A stretch of DNA of 64,000 nt from Eledone cirrhosa. Lineage: Eukaryota. Numbering within the stretch: the first letter of the stretch is position 1; each line of letters opens with the position of its first letter. The stretch spans positions 105,400,001 to 105,464,000 of the forward strand of contig OZ024745.1 of the NCBI GenBank assembly GCA_964016885.1. The letters are read 5' to 3'. Both the position numbers and the translations under genes were made by a program. Below the pieces are notes generated by a model. It was not told where the DNA came from. It made no database searches and saw only the letters and a list, made by a program, of their open reading frames with translations. This document shows positions 28,258-39,921 of the stretch, in pieces.

Positions 28258-29862
28258 GCTGGTAGGTAGGTAGGTTGGTAGGTAGGTAGGTTGGTAGGTA
28301 GGTAGGTAAGTAGGTTGGTAGGTAAGTAGGTAGGTAGGTAGGTAGGTAAGTAGGTTGGTAGGTTGTTAGGTTGGTAGGTAGGTAGGTTGGTAGGTTGTTA
28401 GGTTGGTAGGTAGGTAGGTTGGTAGGTTGTTAGGTTGGTAGGTAGGTAGGTTGGTAGGTTGTTAGGTTGGTAGGTTGGTAGGTAAGTAGGTACGTAGGTA
28501 GGTAGGTAGGTTGTTAGGTTGGTAGGTTGGTAGGTTGGTAGGTAAGTAGGTAGGTAGGTAGGGAGGTAGGTAGGTAGGTAAGTAGGCAGATATGTAGGGG
28601 GTTGGTAGGTAGATAGGTAGGTAAGTAGGTAGGTAAGTAGGTAGGTAAGTAGGTAGGTAGGTAGGTAAGTAGGTTGGTAGGTAGGTAGGTGGGTAGGTTG
28701 GTAGGTTGTTAGGTTGGTAGGTAGGTAGGTAGGTAGATAGGTAAGTAGGTAGGTAGGTAGGGAGGTAGGTAGGTAAGTAGGCAGATATGTAGGGGGGATG
28801 GTAGGTAGATAGGTAGGTAAGTATGTAGGTTGGTAGGTAGGTAAGTAGGTAGGTTGGTAGGTAGGGAGGTTGGTAGGTAGGTATGGAGGTAGGTAGGTTG
28901 GTAGGTAGGTAGGTTGGTAGGTTGTTAGGTTGGTAGGTAGGTAGGTTGGTAGGTAGGTAAGTAGGTTGGTAGGTAGGTAGGTTGGTAGGTTGTTAGGTTG
29001 GTAGGTAGGTTGGTAGGTAAGTAGGTAGGTAGGTAGGGAGGTAGATAGGTAAGTAGGTTGGTAGGTAGGTTGGTAGGTTGTTAGGTTGGTAGGTAGGTAG
29101 GTTGGTAGGTAAGTAGGTAGGTAGGTAGGGAGGTAGGTAGGTAAGTAGGTTGGTAGGTAGGTAGGTTGGTAGGTTGCTAGGTTGTTAGGTTGGTAGGTAG
29201 GTAGGTAGGTAAGTAGGTAAGTAGGTAGGTAGGTAGGTATGTAGGTTGGTAGGTTGGTAGGTAGGTAAGTAGGTAGGTAGGTAGGTAGGGAGGTAGGTAG
29301 GTAAGTAGGCAGATATGTAGGGGGTTGGTAGGTAGATAGGTAGGTAAGTAGGTAGGTAGGTAGATAGGTAGGTAAGTAGGTAGGTAGGTAGATAGGTAGG
29401 TAAGTAGGTTGGTAGGTAGGTAGGTGGGTAGGTTGGTAGGTTGTTAGGTTGGTAGGTAGGTAGGTTGGTAGATAGGTAAGTAGGTACGTAGGTAGGGAGG
29501 TAGGTAGGTAAGTAGGCAGATATGTAGGGGGGTTGGTAGGTAGATAGGTAGGTAAGTATGTAGGTTGGTAGGTAGGGAGGTTGGTAGGTAGGGAGGTTGG
29601 TAGGTAGGGAGGTTGGTAGGTAGGTATGGAGGTAAGTAGGTTGGTAGGTAGGTAGGTTGGTAGGTAGGTAGGTTGGTAGGTAGGTAGGTTGGTAGGTAGG
29701 TAGGTAAGTAGGTAGGTTGGTAGGTAGGGAGGTTGGTAGGTAGGTAGGTTGGTAGGTAGGTAGGTAAGTAGGTAGGTAGGTAGGTAGGGAGGTTGGTAGG
29801 TAGGTAGGTTGGTAGGTAGGTAGGTAAGTAGGTAGGTTGGTAGGTAGGGAGGTTGGTAGGTA
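28258..29862. repeat. 1.6-kb complex (GGTA)n/(GGTT)n satellite with higher-order blocks
   Basis: Direct reading; the marker ggcagatatgtaggggg recurs at ~28584, 28780, 29308, 29515; explains the 517-aa LPTY ORF. Confidence 0.95.
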
Positions 29863-30861
29863 AAGAGGGTTAAAGAAATGAGGTAGTCTGAAAGAAGAAA
29901 AAAACTATGCAAAATAATCATGTTGATGGAAACACACGCATACGCCCGCACTCACACATATCCTCTCAATCACACACACACATACACGCATACATACACA
30001 TACACGCATACACATACGTACACGCACACACGCACACATACACGCAAATATCTATATATACACATATACACATATATATTCATTTATTCGAAATTGAGGA
30101 CTCATCTTTATTCCATTTTCTCTGCGTATTTTGAAATACTTTTTTTTCTTTTCATAAAATACTGTCCCTATATAAGCATATGAACGCAGGCCTATAAAAA
30201 AAAGATCATTCCAATTATAAACAGAGTAAACGTACCTCCACCACAACCACCACCACATGTAAAGAACTTTGGTAATAACAAATTTGTGAAAAGGGCGTGG
30301 TTGATGTTATGGATGTGGGGATGGGAATGAGGCGGTAAAGATTGACGTAAGTTTATGAAGGCAGCTTGGGATGAGCTCAGTAGAACAGTTTCAGGTGAAG
30401 TCGAAGGAGCCACTAGTGGATGGTGGATATAGATGAAATATATTTGTGGTGTTTGAGAACTGGGATTTGTGGTTATAAGCTGACACTGTGGGACAATATT
30501 TAGGTTGAGATGGCTGTTGAAGTTGGGTAGCTTGTAGTATAAGACAAGATTACCCACTTTCCGAAACTCTTGGTCCTTATATGGGTCTGGACACAAACTT
30601 TGTATCTTAGTTTGAAGACGATGTCATGTAGACATCAGGCTTGATAGCTTGTGAAAGTTTGAGTTAATTTTGAATTTATTTTTAACCCGCCACCTTCCCG
30701 CAGGCAAGATTGTAAAGAAAGGAAATTGTCGTCATCTCTTACGTAAGCGTTCATCTTTTTTATCGCAAGAATGTTTTACAAACTTTGAGGGTTCCAGATG
30801 TTACAGCCTTTTGTAGCTTATGAATTAAGGACCGACGTTCATTCTCCACAAATCCAAGCTC

Positions 30862-31622
30862 AGTTGATATCAATGTGGTAAGAAAGATGAAAGAGAAGGA
30901 GAATATCTAAGGACCATTGATGAGGAATTTGCAGGACCAGTACCCAAGATACACATTCAGCTTCATTAAGATCATTATTGCAGAACATTGGCAGTATCGG
31001 TAGAGCGTCAGGCACCATGCTTTGCAACATAGAGTTATGGCCAGTCGGTTTGGTACATAACATGTTGCTCCAATAATTGTTTTTACTTTTGTCACAAGGC
31101 CAGCAAATTACTGGTACTTTATTTTATCCACCCCGTAAGGATGAAAGGTAAAGTTAACCTCGGCGGGATTTGAACTCAGAACGTAAATGGTCATAACTCT
31201 ATGTTGCAAAGCATGGTGTCTGACGCTCTACCGATACTGCCAATGTTTCTCCAATAATTGTTTCTACTATTGGCACAAAGCCAGCAATTACCCAGTACAT
31301 TACTGGTACTTTATTTTATCGACCCCGTAAGGATGAAAGGCAAAGTTAACCTCGGCGGGATTTGAACTCAGAATGGCAAGGGCCGTTTCTCCAATGTTTC
31401 TCCAATAATTGTTTCTACTTTAGGCACAAGGCCAGCAATTACCCAGTGCATTACTAGTACTTTATTTTATCGACCCAGTAAGGATGAAAGGCAAATGTTT
31501 CTCCAATAATGATCTCAATGAAGCTGAATGTGTATCTTGGGTACTGGACCTGCAAATTCCTCATCAATGGTCCTTAGATATTCTCTTTCTCTTCCATCTT
31601 TCTTACCACATTGATATCAACT
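30862..31622. repeat. Inverted duplication enclosing three tandem SINE copies (31073-31243, 31254-31381, 31405-31494; minus)
   Basis: 30862-30990 mirrors 31495-31622; 30988-31043 mirrors the SINE head 31188-31243; SINEs separated by (aat)gtttctccaataat. Confidence 0.88.
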
Positions 31623-31843
31623 TGGCAGCTGACTTCCACAACAAAGCATATGTTTAATGTGGTGTCTCAAATAACAAATATTAGGCAGGTTGTGCTTTAA
31701 TGTGGTGGTAGCATTTAATTTCAGGTCCCATCAGTGTTCCTTTAAGCCATCAGTCTCAACATATTCCTCACTGTTTGATTTGCTTTTCGTCTTCCGTTTT
31801 ACCTTCCAGATAGTTCTATCTATCACATCATGCATGCACTTTT

Positions 31844-33310
31844 GTATGTATGTATGTTCTTCTGGTTTTATAATTTCACGAATTTTTTCCCAATAGAGAG
31901 AGAGTCGGTTTCTAACATAGACACAAGACTCTCATTGGAATTTACACAACATCAACTAGGCAGATTATGTATGCATGCATGTGTAGATATGGATGTTATG
32001 GTATGTGTGGATGTGTATGTTTTGAGTTGTATGTGTGCATGCGTATATGCTTTGTATCTGTACATGTGTATATGCAGTTATTAGATGCAACATTTTTGGA
32101 ATGTTTTACATATTTTTACTGTTCCATTAATGAATTGTACTTGTAATTTCCTAACTAGTTGTGTTCTTTCTGTTCCTGTGAAGCCTAGCTTCTCAAGATT
32201 TGTATTGAGGCAGTTAATAACATACCCCAGTGCCCCAATAATCACAGGCATACATCTGAAGGTGTAATCAGGGTGGAGTATCTGCAGATTTCTCATCAGT
32301 TCTGCTAAATATTCTCCTTTTCACTAATCTTTGATATTATATTGGCATCTGCTGGGCAGCTAATTTCCACTACTGTGCATGCTTTCTTCTCCTTGTCCCA
32401 TATCATATTATCTGGTCTGTTATGCCTGTATTTTATTGGGATTTTACTGGAACATTCCACCAGTACTCTTTCAGATTATGTACATGGATGTCATCCACAT
32501 TGTTGTAGCTTTTAATGTGTTTATTATCGGGGCTATCTTTTTTACGAACTGCATTGTACAGTGTTTTGGCCACTACATCATGACTCATAGGTAGATAGTA
32601 CCGCGATGACATCTTTGGACATCTGCTGATGACATGGGTGATATCTTAGATGTTAGTTCTGCAGAGTCTGCACTTGCTATCACATCTAGGTGTTTTGCCT
32701 GCATCCCTATCTCTTTTGTGAATCAGGTATTTCGTGCTAATCTCCTGTTCTTGGATTGCAAAAGCGTATCCTTCAAAGTGGGAGCCAATATAGCGGTTGT
32801 TGGTCCAAGATAGACTACTTTCCTTATCTATATTACTCTCACTCTGGAGCTTCCTGGCAACATATCCATGCATGATTTTTTGCTGATAGGCATGCAGTTT
32901 TTCATTCATGGATTCACTGCGATACTGCTGAGTGACATCCCTGGGTGTGAGTCTTTGATTATCACACAGGGAATATTTCTCAAGGAGTTCCTTCCCAACT
33001 CTCATGATCTTATCTGTTTCATGCAGATAGACTTGCTCGAGAAGCGGGCTCCTACGCTTCGACGTTCGTAGATGTTGTCGGAGAGATATGATGCGACATT
33101 CAAATGTTGTCTGAACATTTAGGCCTTTGCCTCCCTGCTTACGTTTCAAGTAAAGGCGGTCTATGTCACTGTTGATGTGAAAGTTTCCGGTGTTGTTCAG
33201 TATTTTTCGAGTTCCAACATCAACTGCTCGGATTTCGTCTATCGTCCAATTGAGTATTCCAAACGTTGGTCTTAGGACAGGCACAGCAAACACATTTTGA
33301 GCCAGTTTTG
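31844..33310 (-). mobile_element. R4/Dong-like (restriction-like endonuclease) LINE 3' part with (CATA)n tail
   Basis: FAVPVL...W...RLYLKRKQGGKGL; AIQEQEISTK; CRLC zinc knuckle; PVIIGALG; frameshifted. Confidence 0.85.
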
Positions 33311-33313
33311 TTT

Positions 33314-33711
33314 GTATGTATGTATGTATGTTCTTCTGGTTTTATAATATTATAGATTTTTACGAATAGAGAGAGCGAGTCGGTTTCTAACTTTCTCACT
33401 GGAATTTTGAACAGCATCAACTAGGTAAATATGTCTGCTTGTCTGCATGCATGCTTGTGTGTGCAGGTATGGATGTTAATGTATGTGTGGATGTTTTGAG
33501 TTATATGTGTGCATGTGTGTAAGCTTCGTATCAGTACATGTGTATATGCAGTTATTAGATGCAGAATCTTTGGAATGTTTTATATAATTTTACTGTTCCA
33601 TTAATGGATTGTACTTGTAATTTCCTAACTAGTCGTGTTCTCACTGTTTCTACGAAGCCCAGCTTCTCAAGATTTTACTGAAGCAGTTACTAACATATCC
33701 CAGTGCCCCGA
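33314..33711 (-). mobile_element. Second, shorter 3' copy of the same R4/Dong-like LINE, head-to-tail
   Basis: Aligns with 31844-32240 by eye; same (CATA)n tail. Confidence 0.85.
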
Positions 33712-36018
33712 TATGTATGTATGGTATATTATTTCATCAACCTCGGAAGGATGAAAGGCAAAATTGACCCAGGTTGGATTTGAACTGAGTACGTAAAAAC
33801 TCTAAACAAATGTCGCAGAGCATTTTTTCCCACAGCCTAAAGATTCTGCCAAATTACTGCTAAAGAAGAAATAATAATTTCTGACATATGTATACAGCAC
33901 TCTCTTTAAAATATTGGAGGGAGTTATGATATAATCACAGTTAAAAAAACAGCGAGAAAATATATATATATTTATTATACATGAACATATTGTCCATATA
34001 CGCCATTATTATGACTATATATATGTCTGTGTCGTGTCGTTGAATGTATCTTCAAAAGCCATTAGCATAAGAAAAATTGTTTCAATACATATGTGAAGGC
34101 AAAAACATGAATTCAAAATTATCTATTTTCATATTCACTCCCATCTTTCTCTGTTTCATGCCTCTCACTCTCTCGCTTTCTCTCTGCCTCCCTCCTCTCT
34201 CTTCGCATACTCACACAATACAGGCACATAAATAAACATGTGCAGGCACCAATACACACATAAGAGGTACATTTATTCATACACATATTGAGAACCACAT
34301 TACATGTATGTACAGTATATAAACCTGCTTGTAATGTTCTTGTAAATATATGTGAATATGCGGGAAAAGAGAAAAAAATACCAACTTCAATCAAACGAGC
34401 CGTACACTATTACAACATTGACAATAACATACCATGCCAAGAACTAACTCGGCAAAGGAAGTATTAAGAACCAGAAATAGACGAAAAGCAAAGCAAACGG
34501 AGCTAACATCTCAAAAATATAACTACTATACTATTGTGCAGACAATATAGTTGGCAGAAAAATATTGCAGATATCTGGTAAATGTTATTTCGTTGGTAGC
34601 TGTAACGCTTTAAGAGTTTCATCTGAAATGATATTTGTCTTTTGAATTGTGAAAAATCAAATCAAACGAAATATCTTTTAAAGTGAATAAAATAAATATA
34701 ATAACCGGAAATCTTAGTGTAGTACATCATGATACTGAATTATTGTAATATTTGCCAGTAGGAATTTTACCATTTTTGCTCCGAAAACTGAAAGTAGTAT
34801 GTTTTCAGAGACTGTCCCTCGTAAATAGTGATATACAATCATAGATACTGTTTTGGTCTGGAGTCAAAATATTTTTCAGTTTAATTATGCTTCCTATAGA
34901 TTAAAGAGTGAAGGTGATTGTTCCGATATTTTCTTTAATACCCAGTTTTCTGGCAAGAACCAGTTATGAACGGATGTGCTTATGACCATATGGTAAGTAT
35001 TCTTTTGTCTTTCTTCTCAAAATTTAGATTATTATTAAAAAAAGTCAAGCTACATGGAATTTAATGCGATCTCTTCTACATACGATACCAATCGGCGGTC
35101 GCAGCTATTCCTCTTTTCAAATGTCATTAATGCAACTGTGAAAGCTATAGCTGGTCCAATAATTTCGTCTTTATCTTTCCTAATTTTCACTTTCATGTTT
35201 TTTGTTGAGGAAGCAAAAGAACTCCTGGGTACTCATTTAGGGTTAATATATGCTGAAACAGATATGCCTTTTTTTTCATTAGAAAATACATAGAAGAAAC
35301 AAAGGAAGAAACATTAATGAAGATGTTGTCCCTTAAATACGTAATACTAGTTAAATATATCTTCGCCATGTTGATTAAACAGATTTGATCAAAAACGATG
35401 CCTATCTGTGGTCGTAACTTTTCGAAATAATAGCCAACGTATTGCTAAGTAAATATATAGAAATGTGTATTGGTTGACGTAGAGAAACAGAATTGCTTAA
35501 AGATTAAATAATTCTGGGACATCAAACGCATGATAAATAATAGTTAAGTGGCAAGTTACGCCAAGGCTGACTACGCTTCCGTGGCTGATACGCAATAAGG
35601 TTTAAATATAACCAAAATTGTGTCTCGTGCTAACCGAAAAAGAAAATCAAACAACAATATTAGTCCTGGACAATTATTTTTTCTCTGCGATTATTTGATC
35701 TTATTGTTAATCTTGTAAAGCAATCACACATTTAATGGTGTCAATGTATCGGTTAATTCTTTAGAAGAATACACGCTCATTTTCACCTAAATCTTTCATC
35801 GTATCAAATGAAATCAAATTGAAACAGTAACAAAGAAATTACAAATTATTAGATAGATTGTTGCAGTTTTTGTTGTTTTATAACAAGTCAGCACTGATTT
35901 ACTAGACCTATCATGTAAAGAGTTTCAGCCACGACGACAGCACAGGTTTCATTTTGAGGCTACATAATCTAATACGTCCCGAAATGTTTAGTATAGTAGG
36001 GTATTATTTAACGTAGAA

Positions 36019-36203
36019 GGGCGGTGGATTGGCAGTATCGGTAGAGGGTCGGACGCCATGCTTTCCAGCATAGTTACGTCCCTTTACGATCTGAGTTCAA
36101 ATCCCGCTGAGGTTGACTTTGCCTTTCATCCTTACGGGGTCGATAAAATAAAGTACCAGTAATGCACTGGGTAATTGCTGGCCTTGTGCCTAAAGTAGAA
36201 ACA
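36019..36203 (+). mobile_element. Young SINE with 16-bp TSD
   Basis: TSD attatttaacgtagaa at 36003-36018 and 36204-36219. Confidence 0.92.
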
Positions 36204-36314
36204 ATTATTTAACGTAGAATTGGTCACTATTTGGTCAGGTATAACAACCAGTTATCGATCTATTGGTTGTCTCGAGTTGGATCTGTTAGATTTGCTTGTA
36301 TGAATGGTTTCTGA

Positions 36315-36528
36315 TTTAGACACAAGCCAGCAAGGCTTTTTTTAGGAGGCGGGGGGGGGGGGGCGATTAAATTTACCCCAGTGCGTTACTGGTACATTAT
36401 TTTATCGACCCCGTAAGGATGAAAGGCAAAGCTAACCTGGTGGGATTTTAAATCATAACGTAATGGGCTGTAACTCTATGCCACGAAACATAATGTCCGA
36501 CGCTCTACCGATTACTGCCAACCCCCGC
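36315..36528 (-). mobile_element. Older SINE copy, same superfamily
   Basis: tattttatcgaccccgtaaggatgaaaggcaaag core. Confidence 0.8.
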
Positions 36529-37199
36529 CCTGATTGCTTGTATGAATAAAAGATAAAGCCCAATATATATGAAATAATGAAATCTTTCAATTCAGATAAA
36601 ATAGACAAATCTTGTCATTATTTATTTTCAACTTAGCAATACATGAAAAGAAAGTATGTACTTCATCGAATAAACCCCAATAATCCTTTAAATAGATTTC
36701 AATCTGCATCTGAGACAGATTTTATGCGTAAAGGTTTCGTGGACGCGTTGTTCCTATATAAAGATTAGAATAGTATTTCCAGGAGATAACTTTCCCTTAT
36801 GTACAGATAAAGATATTACAGGACCAGGGAAAGTAAAGATTTCCACCACAAAGACTATTTTTTGGAAGCTGGAAGTGTTGGGTTTTCCAAAGCACCTCAA
36901 CTGTTTAAGGGTGTGTGGAAGTGCGTATATGAAATAGAAAGCAGTAACCGTTCGCCAGTAGCTTATACCGTATTGTAAATAAATAATTACTTGGGAGGCT
37001 AATGAAGGAACTTTGCATGCTCGCACGAAGTGCTAGAAATAACAGACAAATCTTACATAAATCACACCCTAGCGTCTTAAGATTGATGGGCACTTTAGAA
37101 AATGTGACCTTGAGTACAATGCATCGTGGAAAATGACGGGATGGTAACTGGTGAAATGTCTTTGTTTATAAGTCTTCTCAGTCAGAGCTGAGTGGAGGT

Positions 37200-38360
37200 T
37201 AAATAAGAGAAACTCAATCACAACTTATAGGGCAGTACAATATCAGGAGAAAGACGATTATATTACAGTAATCGAGGAGCTGAAACAAAAGATATTTGCC
37301 AAAGCTGCAAAGATTAAGAAGTATGAACAACAGATTATTCACTATAAACAGAATGTAAGTTTCCGACAAATCAGAAGAGTTTCTATCATGGGGTAAATGG
37401 TATGGTTAGGAATGATGATGTAATCCTTGATGCTGATAAAAGTAAGAAGTTTTGGAGTGATCAATCTGGAGTGTAGGAAAAGCGCACAGTAGAAGTGTGG
37501 AGTGGCTGACTAACATCAAAAATAACATTGGGGATAATCAGCAGGGACAATTGGATATAACAACGGATATGGTAACCATCTAGTGTAGAAAGATACCAAA
37601 GAGAAAGGCCCTAAACAGTGATATAGCAAAGGAAACGGGAGAATTTAAACAGACAGAATAGCACATTGAATAGATGGAAGAAAAAATGTATGGTTAATTC
37701 GTACGGGAAATGTCTGATACAGTTGACAAAGATAGGAACTGGGAATGAACTAGGAAAAGTGACTTAAAAGTTGAAACTGAGGAGAACGAACTATATCAAG
37801 TTCAATATTAACAAGTCATTGAATTCCCCACTTTGTAGGCTGTGTGCTGAGAAAGGTGAGACGATAAACCACATTAGTGAATGTAAGATGATTGCTCAGA
37901 AAGAGTACAAGAAAAGCTATAACAACATTGTCAGATTGGTTCATTGGAAGTTCTGTCATAAGTATGACATGAGCAGAAGGGAGAAATGGTATGAACACCA
38001 ACCGGAAAGAATGGCTGAAAATGAACAATATAAGAGATCTTGTGGCACATGACCATCCAATGCGACCATTTTATCGTGGCTAGAAAGCCTGACATTGTTG
38101 TCATAGAAAAGAAGAATAACAAGGTATGTATTGTGGATATTGCTTCACTGTTGGACCACAGGGTGAATGAGAAAGAAAATAAAAAAGTTGATAAATACTA
38201 GAAGCTGAAGAGATGAATCAGGAAACTGTGGAGACAGGTAGAAGTGGTACCGACTGGGACCAGTTAGTGAAGGGGTTGATGCATGGCTTGAGAAGCTAGG
38301 AATTACCACCAGGACAAGATTGTTACAGAAAACAGACTTGCTGGGAATAGCAGCCACCTA
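37200..38360 (+). pseudogene. Decayed, internally deleted R4/Dong-like LINE
   Basis: [20 protein letters not shown]; SPLCRLCAEKGETINHISEC; IVRLVHW; KPDIVV...IVDIA (REL domain). Confidence 0.8.
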
Positions 38361-39139
38361 GTCTGTTGTAGTTGTTCTTCAAAGTAACTTACTCTTTGGA
38401 AAAAGAATTTCGTAGCACTAGCGAAAGACATTTTTTTACTAACACTTTTTGACTAGTTTGCTGGCTGGCACGTTGTTGTTGCTGATGTTATTGTTGTTGT
38501 TTTACTGTTGCTGTTATTTTTGTTGTTATTGTTGGTAGTTTGATCTCCAATTCGTTTTTGGAAGCAGTAGTATTGTTTCTTTTTTTCGTGTACAATCATT
38601 TCACTGAATTCGCTTGTATTACGACTCTTACCGGCGTTGTTGTCACTATTGTTTTCATTGTTGTTTTTGTTGTTGCTGTTTTCATTGTTTTTCTTGTTCA
38701 TGTTGTTCATGTTATTGCTATTTCCTTTTAAGCTTCTTTCGTTATTTAAAACTACTTTGTTTGAAATAACGTTGTAACTTTGTGTTTTCATTTTTCCTAT
38801 TTCGTTTGATGACGCTATCAACAATAAACATTTTCACTTTGGCAAGGGAAACATCGTCCCCCTGTATATGTGAAGTATTATTGCTCTCTCTTTTTCTGCT
38901 TGTCGTATCCATGTTTTAATTTTGACTGCGATAAAATTAACTGTTTAAAATTTCGATATCACGACACCCCCTACGGGGTATCGTTGCAAATGAGACAATC
39001 CCACCTGCAAATGGCTCTTTCACGCCTCTGTCAAGTTTAAGAATTGAACAATAGAAGATAGCCAAAGAAACAATAACACATTTCAGGAAATTTTCAAAAG
39101 CCGAAAAAAGTGTGCTTCTACCTCAATAGTCACTAATAA

Positions 39140-39591
39140 TGGTTTCTTTATTGGCCACAAGGGCTAATACGAAGAAAAACATTACAGATGGCACAAAACA
39201 AGTTCAGGACGATACAAAGTGGGGTTTGGTCGTGTACACAGGTTATAACAAGATAGAAATCGGGATAGAAATAAAAACAAATTCAAACAACAAAAATTCC
39301 CCAAGAAGTGGGAAACCTCCGTGGGTCACTCGTGGTGAAAACCACACAAAAGACCACGGCTACCCTGACCACCAGGGCAAGCGCCCTCTCTCAGTTTTCC
39401 CACCCCTCAGTCTACAGACGCATACTCAGAGCGGGCCCGTTCACTCGGACCAGACTCGCCACTTTCACCCACCTTTCAACAAACTTACTAGAAGACAGCA
39501 CTTGCCTCTCCACCCTGTGTGAAACTTGAAAAAGTTAATCAAGGATCCGTCTTCAACCCTTTCAAACTTGTCCACCACACAATCTCTTTCG
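39140..39591 (-). mobile_element. Tx1/L1-like LINE 3' fragment with 18-bp TSD
   Basis: ctcaatagtcactaataa at 39122-39139 and 39592-39609; body similar to 40200-40410. Confidence 0.85.
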
Positions 39592-39611
39592 CTCAATAGT
39601 CACTAATAACA

Positions 39612-39827
39612 ATAATTGTTTCTACTTTAGGCACAAGGCCAGCAACTTGAAGGGGGACTGGAAAGTCGATTAAATCGACCCCAGTGAATTGCTGGTGCTT
39701 TATTTTATCGACCCCGTATGGATGGAAGGCAAAACTAACTTCGGCGGGATATGAACTCAGAACCTAAATGACCTTAACTCTATGTTGCAAAGCAGTGTGT
39801 CTGACGCTCTCCTGATACTGCAAATCC
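39612..39827 (-). mobile_element. SINE (older variant)
   Basis: aattgtttctactttaggcacaaggccagcaa tail plus core. Confidence 0.8.
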
Positions 39828-39828
39828 A

Positions 39829-39879
<51 letters not shown>

Positions 39880-39887
39880 CACTAATG

Positions 39888-39920
<33 letters not shown>

Positions 39921-39921
<1 letters not shown>

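Noticed and set aside
28398-29951. 517-aa LPTY/QPTY repeat ORF
   Set aside because: Arises from the (TACC)n satellite; no real start context or domain
30192-30596. 134-aa ORF faintly like a LINE endonuclease fragment
   Set aside because: No intact diagnostic motif that I can support
34946-34992. Possible 47-nt host exon (ttttctttaatacccag|...FWQEPVMNGCAYDHM|gtaagt)
   Set aside because: Good splice signals but no recognisable protein or partner exon; needs RNA-seq
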